Origin: an uncultured Actinomycetota bacterium
GTDB lineage: Bacteria > Actinomycetota > Acidimicrobiia > Acidimicrobiales > Bog-793
NCBI GenBank assembly: GCA_963764805.1
Contig: CAVXUB010000001.1
Location: 331,840 to 395,839, forward strand
DNA: 64,000 nt
Direction: 5' to 3'
Shown here: in pieces, positions 10,429 to 19,744 of the stretch
How positions within the stretch are numbered: the stretch's first letter is position 1
Layout of the letters: each line of letters opens with the position of its first letter
The notes under the pieces: model-generated
Databases searched by the model: none
What the model was told of the DNA's origin: nothing
What the model saw: only the letters and a program-made list of their open reading frames with translations
Translations under genes and position numbers: made by a program

Positions 10429-11816
10429 TGAGCACCGCCCTCGCGGAGATGCACTGCCCGGCTGGCGATCGCCGCGATCTCGTCGTCTTCGAGGCGGAAG
10501 GTCCGGAACCGGCGCGGCACGCCGCCCTCGGCGAGGAGGTAGCCGACTCCGCGGAGAGCCGGGTCGATGTCCGCCGCGCTGGCGCCCTTGGACGCCCAGC
10601 CGCCGCCGAGGATCGTGTCTGACGCCTCCCGTGTGGTGCAGCGATGGGCAAGTCGGAACCCGAACAGATCGCGAAGAGCCGACGGGACGAGGTCGGCGGA
10701 CGGCTTCTGGGTGGCAGCCACCACGACGATGCCCGCCGCACGCGCCGCGCCACCAGGTCGCGGAGGCGCTCGGTGAAGGCCTGAGCGGCCTTCTTGTCGG
10801 GACTCGCCACGTAGAACGCGAGCTCGTCGATGACGATGAGGACCAGCCGCTCGCCGTCGCCGGGCACAACCTTGCGAGCAGAGCGCTGGCGCAGCCGCTC
10901 GTAGCGGGCCTCCATCTCTGCCTGCAGCTCGCGCAGTGCTGCGGTCGCTTCCTCCATGTCGGGCCCGACGAAGCGCGTGGCGACCGGGCGCCAGGCGTCG
11001 AGCTCGACGAGCTTGCCGTCGAAGAGCCAGATGTCGGTGTCCGGGGAGAGGGCGCCATGGGCGAGGATCACCGACAGTGACACGGACTTCCCAGAGCCGG
11101 GCTCGCCGCCAACCAGCAGATGGGTGCCCACGAGGCCGACCTCCGCCGGCTCGGCGCGCTCGTCGAGGCCGATCCTCACCGGTTGGTGGAGGGTGAAAGG
11201 TCCGGACACGGTTGGCGCAAGGGCCGGGCCGGCGAGCAGGTGCACGGGACGGATTGCCGAGCGGAGCGGCTCGGCGCGGCACCACCACCAGCTCGGCGAG
11301 GGCGGCGTCGGCCGGATCGGGGCGCAGCTGCACCGATCGCGCCCGGAGGTAGGCGGCGATCGCCCCGAGGTGCGCCTCGATCGAGGCGACGTCGCCGCCG
11401 GGCCTCACCTGCACGTGTATCGACTCGCCGTTCGGGCCTCCGGTGATCCTCCGCACGACCGGGGCGTGCAGCTCCATTGCCGCCAGCAGTGCCAGCTCCG
11501 CGCCGCGGCGCTTGTAAGAGAGCCGGACGAGGCGCCAGAGAGCACGGCGCAAGGGAGACGCGACCGATAGTGCGAGTGCAGCGGTGCAGACGAGCACCGA
11601 GCCCCGGACTGCGCCTAGGAAGTGGACGGCGCCCGCCGCCACCGCGACCGCTCCGAGCAACGGCCCGAGCGCCGGGAGACAGGTGCGGCGCCGCTTGCGG
11701 GCGAGCTCGGCCCGATCGGTGCCCGGCCGGCCGGCGGTCTGAATCGTGACGGCCGCGGTGCCCCCCCACACGAGGAGGAGCACCGCGACCGCCAACGAAA
11801 GGCGACTGTCGTGCAT
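10425..11816 (-). pseudogene. FtsK/SpoIIIE-family DNA translocase (Tra/coupling protein), frameshifted
   Basis: N-terminal TM segments. Walker A GEPGSGKS and Walker B LVLIVIDELA lie in ORF 10394-11245. The C-terminal part (IVVVAATQKPSADLVPSALRDLFGFRLAHRC) lies in the frame of ORF 10425-12410. Confidence 0.8.
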
Positions 11817-12140
11817 TACTTCTGCGCCGGCCCTTCGGGCTCGATCGCCGCCACCCAGTAGCTGAGACCGGCGCTGGAGTTGTCGCGCATCGTCCAGGGA
11901 CGGACCTCGAGGCCGACGACGCGCGACCGGAGAGTGCGGCTGCAGGCCCTTCGGCTGGCCGAGCACCTTCACCGGCAGGATCTCGGCCGCGCCGCCGACG
12001 GGAAAGGCGACGACGGGGACCAGGTAGATCGGCTGGCCGTCGCGGGTCGTCTTCTGCTCGCCCGTCTCGTAGACGATCTGCGGCTTGACGTCGTCGCCCG
12101 TCAGGAACTTGACCTTGGACGTGTCGATGGGGAGGCTCAT
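11816..12140 (-). pseudogene. SCO3933/Pra-like small regulatory protein, 1 frameshift near 11925
   Basis: MSLPIDTSKVKFL..TGEQKTTRDGQPIYLVPVVAF..VKVLGQPKGL is followed, after a shift, by VVGLEVRPWTMRDNSSAGLSYWVAAIEP. The stop overlaps the ftsK-like ATG (TAATG). Confidence 0.55.
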
Positions 12141-12315
12141 TGCTGTTCCTTTCTGTTGGAGATGACGGCCGGGGTTCCCGGTCGTCCCCGTGGCGGTGCC
12201 ACGAGACCTTTTGCATTGCCGGCGAGCGATTGCTGGCGGGAGGGTGCGCTGCGCGGCGAAGCTCTCGGCCGTGCGGGGAACGCGGACGGCGGGAGGATGT
12301 GTCGCGGCCCTCCTC

Positions 12316-14452
12316 ATGAACGCCATGGCGCTCGGACTTTTGGCCGTGCCGGCCGGCGCAACGACGGTGGTGGCACCCGACGAGGTGGCGCTCGTCTTCG
12401 CGTCCCGCACAGGCGCTGCCCACCCTCCCGGTGCCCGCTGACGGCCGGCTCGCCGGCTACGGCTTCACGGCGGGGGTCACCGGAGACGAGTGCGGGGCGA
12501 GCGTGGGAGGAGGAGGTGCCGAGATAGTCGCCGGCACCGACGAGGACGTCTGCGTCTTCTCGCTCAGCATCACCCTCGACCAGCCGGACACGACCGGGAT
12601 CTCGTCCTCTGATCCCGCGGAACAGGGTGGGGTGGTATCGGCGGCCGATCGAGTGAGCGGCTCGGTGACAGAAGGTTCGAATACCGTAGTGATCTCGCCG
12701 AACCAGCTCGCCGACGCCGGACACGGAGTCGACTACGCCGTCGGCGTCCCTTCCGGCCAGCCTGCGGTCCTCGCGCTCTCCGCCGAAGGCTTCTCGCAGT
12801 CCTTCTCGCTCACGGCCGGGCGTACCGTCGGGACAGCTCCGCAGGCTCTCTACCGCTCTCGGGGCGCTTACGAGCTGGCGCTCTGGCCGGAGGTCACGGA
12901 GCCGCTCGACGAGAGCTACATCGCGGCCAACTCGGCGCCTGGCCGCGCCGCCGCGATGGAGGTCACGCTCACCGAGGTCGAGCTCGACTACTTCTTCCCA
13001 GGTGACCCGAGCGTGCAGGCTCCGGGGGCTGACGAGGCCTATCTCGGGATCGTCTTCTCGACCGCGCAGGAGACCACCCCTTCGGACGTCGACCTGGCGG
13101 GCTTCGAACCCGCAGCGCTCTCCGACGTCACCCTCCACCTGCCCGACGGGAGGGTCATCCCGGCCGAGGCCGTCGTGCAGGACAACATGGACCTGCTGGC
13201 GGGCACCTGGGTCTTCGCCGTCCCCGCCGACCTCACGAACGCTGAGATCGTCGTCAGCCCTGCTCCCCAGCAGGCCGGCGTGGACGTCTTCTCCCGGACC
13301 AACGACTACGGACCGGCCGAGGTCAGCTTCGGCCATGCCAGCTGGCGCATTGAGCTCCCAGGTGGCGTCTCCGGGAGCGCCGGCCAGCCTGCCGCCGAGA
13401 GCGGTACCTCTACAGAAGGGCCTTCCCCCAGCCAGACGACGACCAGCTCCACGACGATCCTGCTCAAGTCGCGCTCGCCCGGTACGGGCGGAGGCGGCTT
13501 GTCCGTCCCGGCCAAGGTCGCCGCCGGTGGGGGCGGTTTCGTGGTGGTGGTCTGCCTGATCGTGCTCCCCATCCGCCGACGCCGGCATACCCGCAAGGGA
13601 CTGGCGACGACGGTCGCATTCCCGTCGCCACAGGTCCCCCAGCCGCTCGGAGCGCCCACCAACGAGCAGCCCCCGCCGGACATGCGAGCCGCCGCGCCGC
13701 CCGCGGAGGAACCTTCCGCCGAGCAGAGTGAGCCTTCGACCGCGGCGGCTACGGCGAGCCCGCCTCGCCTCTCGGTAAAGGTCCTCGGGCCCGTTCAGGT
13801 CGACGGCTTCGTCCGTCCACCGGCGCGTCCCACTACGACGGAGCTCGCTGTGTACCTCGCCCTGGCGGCGCCGGCGACTGTTTCCTCCGCCACTTTGAGG
13901 GCAGCCTTCGGCAAAGACGGCCGCGACCTGAAGCCGGCCACTGTCCACAACTACATGTCGGCTCTGCGTGTGGCGCTCGGATCCGAACGCCTCGTCACCA
14001 ACGGCCACGAGGGCTTCCGCCTTGAGGGCGAGCTCGACTGTGACTGGGCGACCTTCCAGGCTCTCCGCGAGCGTCGCGTCGGCGACCGCGTGGCGACCCT
14101 GGAGGAAGCGCTCTCGCTCGTTCGGGGCGCCCCCTTCGAGGGGATCCGGTCCAGCCGCTACCGCTGGGCGGACGACTACATGGAGTCGACGGCCGCCGGA
14201 ATCGAGGCGGTCGCCCACGAGCTCGTCGAGCTGCACCGGGCGGCCGGGCGGCGGGAGGAAGCGGCGGCCGCTGCCACTAAGGGCCTCGTCGCGGTTCCCT
14301 CCTCGCTCGTACTGCACGAAGACCGCTTGCGGGCGACCGCCGGCGACCTGCCCCGCTTCCAGCGGGCCTGGCGCCACAGCGTCGCGGCGCTGCCCGACGA
14401 GCGGTACCTCAAGGAGGTATACGCGGAACTGGCGCGCCGACCGGGCGGGTGA
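12316..14452 (+). CDS. Membrane-tethered SARP-like regulator (extracytoplasmic domain, TM, winged-helix + BTAD)
   Basis: ORF 12431-14452 (673 aa) has a ~340-aa N-terminal domain, a Ser/Thr-rich linker, the TM segment GGGFVVVVCLIVLPI-RRRRH, a Pro-rich linker, then LSVKVLGPVQVDG..NYMSALRVAL.. and a BTAD-like helical region. A signal-peptide-like start (MNAMALGLLAVPAGA, from 12316) lies in another frame, so a shift near 12420 is implied. Confidence 0.6.
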
Positions 14453-15034
14453 GGTCCCCACCGCCCGTGTCTGGTCGCCGATCGATCTCCGCATGGAGCG
14501 GGATCATGCGGGATCGATCTTTGCGCAAACCTCGACGAAGACCTTTGCGAAAACCTTTGCAGTGAGCCGACGCACCGCCCTCGAGCTGGAACCATCCGGC
14601 ATCGAAGAAATTCTCAGCGGGTGGTCCACGAAGCGCCAACGGGGGCCTGATCGGCGATCTCGCGGGTGCTCGCGATGGTTGCCCTTGCCCCGAAGACCTC
14701 TCCTGGGGGGCCCGCGAATGGCGTGGGTGCCACGCATTCGGGGGCGCGGTTGGCAACCGAGGACGGTAGGTCCGCGATGCTCCCTTGGCCGGCGGCGTCA
14801 CTGGGATGTACGCGATTGCGGCCGGCACGGTGGACGCGACCCGGCATCTGCGTCGCCCTCTCCGAGGGCTCCGGCCAGCCTTCGCTCGCTCCGCTCGCTC
14901 GTCTGATCTGGGAGGGGCTGCCAGTCGGCTGCGCCTGAGATGGACTTCGACGGGCACGAGGGCGACAGAGCGGGCTCGCGAGCGGGGAGGGTGGCTGCGA
15001 TGTTGACGGCCGGGGGTTGGTTCACAGTCAGCTG

Positions 15035-15310
15035 TCATGCGGCTCCGGCTTCGTCGCCCGAAGGGCGGGGCCAGTCAACGGCGCTCGGCCAAGAGAGCGG
15101 GGATACCTGCCGCACGTTGCAGACCTTGCCGTGCTCGATTACCTCGTCGGTCCCCACGCTCATGTTGCAGAGGCAGCAGACGTGGATGGCCGTCCAGCGG
15201 CTGGGCGCAGCTCCCGAAGGTGACGGTGCCAGCGGGAAGGCCAAGGTCTTGAACTGGGCGGTCAGCTTGAAGAAGTCGTTCGAGTCGTCTCGGTGCGCTC
15301 GGTCGTTCAT
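15035..15310 (-). CDS. Small Cys-containing hypothetical protein (91 aa)
   Basis: ATG is preceded by GAGAGGA at 8 nt. Third-position GC is high when codons are read by hand. The Cys cluster is HVCCLCNMSVGTDEVIEHGKVCNV. Confidence 0.4.
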   Translation of the reverse strand: MNDRAHRDDSNDFFKLTAQFKTLAFPLAPSPSGAAPSRWTAIHVCCLCNMSVGTDEVIEHGKVCNVRQVSPLSWPSAVDWPRPSGDEAGAA

Positions 15311-15322
15311 CAGGCAGTCCTC

Positions 15323-16015
15323 TCACGGTGTGCCGGGGCTCTCCACGGCGGATCCGTTGTAGGGGACGGGCGTACCGATTGACTTACCGATGGCCCTACC
15401 GACCGAGCTCTTTCCTGCCCGATCGGACCCTTTTCCGCCGGAGTGCCTTGGGGTGCGGTAACGGCACCGATAGGACCAAGCTCGCTGGCGGAACGTGGCG
15501 CGGCGAGTCAGGCGCGTTCCTCGGAGAGGTTGAGGCAGCTGAGAAGAAGAGGGGGGATGGGCGGGGTGACCGGGCGCCGGCTCGCCGGCGACGAGGGATC
15601 CGTGGTCTCTCTGCTGAGGATCTCGCTGAGAGTTGTCCCGCCGCTGAGAATCTCGCTGAGAGGTGCGAAGGTTTCGCTGACGGTCGTGGACGGGCACGGT
15701 GTCGAGAGCGAGCGCAGCGTCCCCGCGACTAGGTCGCTTACCGGCCCCCACGAGGTGCTGCAGGCGCTTTGCCCGCGCTCCCGAGTCAGCACTCGACATC
15801 TCGGAACAGCGGAGGCGGGTACCGGCTTCGTCGCTGCTCTTCGCGTCGGCCACTCGCCCGGCGCCGACCGCTACTCGATCGCCGGTGCGGAGTCGTCCCT
15901 CCCCAGCCCGCACGACGAGCCCGTTCATCGCGAAGACCGTGACCCTGTGCGTCACAGCCGATGAGAGATCTGACCTCGACGGTCCGAGTGCCCCTCGGAT
16001 GGGGTCTCCCTCCAC
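15323..16015 (-). CDS. Hypothetical protein (beta-rich N-terminus, low-complexity middle)
   Basis: 230-aa ORF that ends 12 nt before the RBS/ATG of the next minus-strand ORF. No family recognised. An equally open antisense frame exists, so coding status is uncertain. Confidence 0.3.
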   Translation of the reverse strand: MEGDPIRGALGPSRSDLSSAVTHRVTVFAMNGLVVRAGEGRLRTGDRVAVGAGRVADAKSSDEAGTRLRCSEMSSADSGARAKRLQHLVGAGKRPSRGDAALALDTVPVHDRQRNLRTSQRDSQRRDNSQRDPQQRDHGSLVAGEPAPGHPAHPPSSSQLPQPLRGTRLTRRATFRQRAWSYRCRYRTPRHSGGKGSDRAGKSSVGRAIGKSIGTPVPYNGSAVESPGTP

Positions 16016-16115
16016 ACGCAGGACTTGGGCGGCGGGGCCACCCCTCCTTCGTCGGGGCGCCCCGCCGCCTCTTCACACAAACACGCAGGTCAGGAGGCTG
16101 TGAGGACTTTCCTTA

Positions 16116-16140
16116 CTAGCGATCTAGCGATCTAGCGATC
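16116..16140. repeat. 3 x 8-bp tandem CTAGCGAT repeat (TAG in all three frames)
   Basis: ctagcgatctagcgatctagcgatc lies immediately upstream of the istB start. Confidence 0.9.
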
Positions 16141-16142
16141 GA

Positions 16143-16972
16143 GTGCAGCGGGCAGCTGCCGTGAACGACTCCGTCTCGCCATACGAGCAGCTGGAAGAGG
16201 ACCTCGGCTACCTGCAGCTCGGCCGTGCCGCCGAGTGCTTCGCCACCCTCTCAGAACAGGCCAGGGACCAGGGCTGGAGCCACGTCGAGTACCTGGCGGC
16301 GGTGATGGCAGAGCAGTTCCTCTGCCACCTCCAACAGACGCCTGCAGGCGCGACTCCGCTACGCCCGCTTCCCCTACCGGCGCACGATCGACTTCGACTT
16401 CTCGTTCCAGCCGAGCGTCGACGGCAAGCTCGTCGAGGATCTCGCCACCCTGCGCTTCGTCTAGAGGGCCGATCGATCTGCCTGTTGGGCCAGCCTGGCT
16501 GCGGCAAGACGCACCTCGCCGTGGCGCTCGCCACCCGTGCTGTCGAGGCTGGCTACCGCGGCTACTTCACCACCGCCGAGGACATGGTGCGGACCCTGGC
16601 ACGGGCCAGGGTGGAGGGGAACTTCACACACAAGCTCCGCAACTACACAGCACCGAGCGTCCTTGTGATCGACGACGTCGGGCCCCTGCCGATGGCCGTG
16701 AGGCGGCCGGCGCGTTCTTCCAGGTCGTCAGCCACCGCTACGACAAGCAGGCACCCACTCTGATGACGACCAACAGGGGCTTGCCCTCGTGGGGCGAGCT
16801 GTTCGGCGACGACGTCGTGGCCGCCGCCGTCCTCGACCGTCTCTTGCACCGCGCCGTCGTGTTCAACATCCGAGGTCTGACGCGGCGCGTCCGTGAGCAC
16901 GGGCCGCTCGCCGAGGCGGTGCTCACTGTCGACAAGCCACAGGACCAGACGGGCAAAGGGGGTGGTCGCTAG
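16143..16972 (+). pseudogene. istB: IS21-family IstB ATP-binding helper protein, frameshifted; no istA upstream
   Basis: LLGQPGCGKTHLAVALA (Walker A), VLVIDDVG (Walker B) and a C-terminus FFQVVSHRYDKQAPTLMTTNRGLPSWGELFGDDVVAAAVLDRLLH are spread over at least 3 frames. Confidence 0.85.
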
Positions 16973-17000
16973 CCTCTGCCCCCGAGAGTGCCAGCGACCC

Positions 17001-17062
17001 TCGATCGCGACTTTCGCTGATCGCGGATCGCGACTTCGTGTGATCACAGATCGCGATTTTCA
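17001..17062. repeat. IS21-type terminal multi-repeat region (right end)
   Basis: Three copies of gatcgcga(c/t)tt at 17003, 17026 and 17048, directly after istB and abutting the IS3 fragment. Confidence 0.5.
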
Positions 17063-17412
17063 GTGATCGCCAAGGGCGACGACCTCTCTCGGCTCGTGCA
17101 TCACTCCGAAGGGGCATCCAGTACGTGTCGATCCGCTACACCGAGCGGCTGGCCGATGCCGGCGCGGTGGCGTCGGTCGGCTCCAAGGGCGACTCGTTCG
17201 ACAACCCTCCTGCCGAGACGATCAACGGTCTCTACAAGGCCGAGCTGATCCACCCCCGAGCGCCCTGGCGGACCGTCGAGGAGGTCGAGCTCGCCACCCT
17301 CGAGTGGGTCCACTGGTTCAATACCGTCCGCCTGCTCGAGCCGATCGGCTACGTCTCCCCGGCTGAGTTCGAGGGCAACTACTACCGTGAGAAGGCCACA
17401 TCCGTGGCATGA
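17063..17412 (+). pseudogene. IS3-family transposase, C-terminal (rve) fragment
   Basis: HSEG/GIQYVSIRYTERLADAG..GDSFDNPPAETINGLYKAELI..LATLEWVHWFNTVRLLEPIGYVSPAEFE. The 5' part is missing and the fragment begins at the IS21 end. Confidence 0.75.
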
Positions 17413-17476
17413 ACACTCAAACCACGGAGCTTTCGCGAAAGTCGGGGCGGTTCACTTCCTTTACCGCAAGTTTGCG

Positions 17477-19400
17477 CTATGGTCCAAGCGACAAACCCGC
17501 GACATACTGACGCAAAGCGATCACATCCTGGGGAATCGATGTTTGGCCCTCCCACAACTTCACAACGTGCTGCTCCAATACCGGACCGGAACTGAGTCCA
17601 ATTGCCGGAGCCATGCTCGAGAGTGTCTGTTTCCCTAGACAACGACGCCACCACTCCGACCCCGATCGCAACAAGGCGAGCTCAGCTCTGGCGGTTTCTA
17701 ACGTCTCCCCCCATGTCGACTGTTCGACCGGATCAAATGCCGCAAGCGACTGAGCTTTCAGAGAAGTCCAATAAGTCGATAGCTCGCTCCACGTCCTGCT
17801 AGCGATCGGAACCCTACCGGCTCGAGGCATCTGGCCGGTGTGACGCGAAGCAGCATAATCGACAATCCACAGACCAGCGTACCTATCACTCACGTCCCTA
17901 ATCAACGTCAGGGCCTCGCTTGGATCTCCCCCCGCCCTCTGGAGCAATACAGCAATCGACGCCGGGTCAAGAAAGACGTTCTCGATCTCATGACAACCCA
18001 GCACATGAACACCAGCACGGGCCTCGAGCTGCAGTACATCTTCATCGCTTCGGAAGTCTCGGTCAATAACGCCGCCAACCCGAAGCTGTTCTTCCGTCTC
18101 GCCAGCTAATTCAGCGATCATCGTCAGCCGCCGCAGCACTTCGTCACAACCCCCGCCTTCCAAGAAGCGATTAGTCTCCGCTTCGCCGCACACGGCATAG
18201 AAGCGCTCCCGCTCCCGCGTCTGTCTATCTCCCTCAACGAACACAAACCTTAACCTCGCCAACGAGAAAGCGGGAGATCCAATCGCGGCCGACAGGGCAG
18301 ACAACACTGGTCTCCCGGCAAGGCGGCGAGGCCTGATAACGAGGCGAGTATCAGGCTGTCTCTCGAAAACGAAGGTTGATTCAGGGCCAGTAACCTCGAC
18401 TGCCTCCAAGGAGTGAGTCGCGAACCACACTTGGCCCTCACGTATCGTGTCGCGGCAGGAATGCCAGCCACGCTCGCAATAGGTCTGGGTTCAGGTGCAA
18501 CTCTGGTTCGTCAACGAGTAGGAGCCCTCTTTGGAGACGAAAGCGATCTACCTGACCAGTCAAAAACGCGTATCTCCCGTTCGCCACCGCTGAGGCGTGC
18601 AAAAGCCAGATCCAGGCCGGCACTGTTGAACTTCACGGTTCGTTGCGTGCCAGAGGTTTCTACGCCAACGAACATCAGGTGGGGAAGCGTCCGCTGCAGG
18701 AGGGCCCGATATTCTTCGAAAGGGTCGACGAAGACGGGGTCCGGCCCGCCGGCGGCTCGAGCAGACCGAGTATCAGCAATGAGTTGAGCGCCGGTTCGTT
18801 CTTCGATTCCTACAAGGTACTTCGTCCACTCCTCGTAGAGGGTGCGCGATGGGCGGAACGACCATTGCCTATTGAACCCCGGTGCACGATAGTCCTGGCT
18901 CCAGATCTCGACGAGTTGCTGCGGCTGGAACTGAGTCGGAGGATAGGCTCTATCAGCGTCAAGAAACAGATGCTGCGTCTCGTTGCGTGAGCGCAGCTCG
19001 TTGATCGCAGCCTGAGCTACCATCAGCGACTCGGCCTCTTCTACAAATCCTTCTGCGGTGACGCGTGCCGCCCTTCTCCGTACCTGCTGACAAGACGCAT
19101 GCGTCCGTCCCAAGACCGCCCAAGCTCATCTAGGCGTTGCTTCGTGGCGGGAAGATCGCCGATCGGTACCCGAACCGTCAATGAGAGATCGTGTGGTTCG
19201 GCGAACGGATTACCGCGATTCGTCTCGACGCCCTGCGCGATCCCAAGACCATGAGCCGCGGCCGACAGGAGTTCGAGTATTGCGCTTTTCCCGGTTCCAT
19301 TCTCGCCGACTAGACATACCAATGGCGCGTCCTCGGGAATTTCGAGATTGACGGCGCGAAGGTTTCGCCAGTTATCAATCGTAAGACGTAGCACTCGCAT
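17477..19400 (-). pseudogene. ABC/AAA ATPase fused to a DUF4435 (Toprim-like) domain; PARIS/OLD-like candidate defence gene with about 3 frameshifts
   Basis: In order: MRVLRLTIDNWRNL..LVGENGTGKSAILE (Walker A, ORF 19041-19400), LSGGEREI (ORF 18511-19113), LLLVDEPELHLNP (ORF 18438-18623), then ATHS followed by FVEGDRQTRERERFY..IDRDF..CHEIENVFLDP (ORF 17477-18430). Confidence 0.65.
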
Positions 19401-19744
19401 TGCGAGAGAAGGATAGCCGAACGGAGATCCGTGCTGCCACTAGCCAAATCTAGGCGCCGCGGCGCCGGCTTCCAATTCGGGACAGCCGATCAAGAAACTC
19501 GATGTTCCATCTCCTGCGACACGCAAGTTCAATCTCTTCACTGGAGCCAACTGGCTGACTGCGGAGACACGGCCAGGATCCTTCTCACCAAAGCAGCGAC
19601 TCGCGGCGCGCTCGGGCACTACTGACCATGAAGCGGCTCCGCAGGCCAGCAGCTCTCGAACTTCGACAGGTTCCGTCGCACCCACCCGCCCCGGTTGCGG
19701 TTCCTAGTTCATTGCGCTCGCCGTCCTCGGACGTTGACGACACT

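Noticed and set aside
12314-14494. Very long ORFs antisense to real genes (this 726-aa one; also 44054-45724, 41282-42715, 52842-54617, 57968-59881, 50808-51818, 33022-34410)
   Set aside because: Their translations are Arg/Gly/Pro-rich and low-complexity with no motifs. They lie exactly opposite well-supported genes. This is the typical stop-codon-poor antisense artefact of high-GC DNA.
15035-15310. The small Cys-rich ORF as a RiPP/lanthipeptide precursor
   Set aside because: No modification enzyme, protease or transporter gene is adjacent, and there is no recognisable leader motif. The Cys spacing fits a small zinc-binding protein equally well.
14460-16140. Possible decayed istA (IS21 transposase) upstream of istB on the plus strand
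   Set aside because: istB is normally preceded by istA, so I translated all plus frames. Only a weak resemblance was found (GADRYSIAG versus the NRYSVP region), with no HTH or DDE-like stretch. Two minus-strand ORFs with an RBS and good third-position GC occupy part of the region. I left it uncalled, and an ISfinder/tBLASTn search would settle it.
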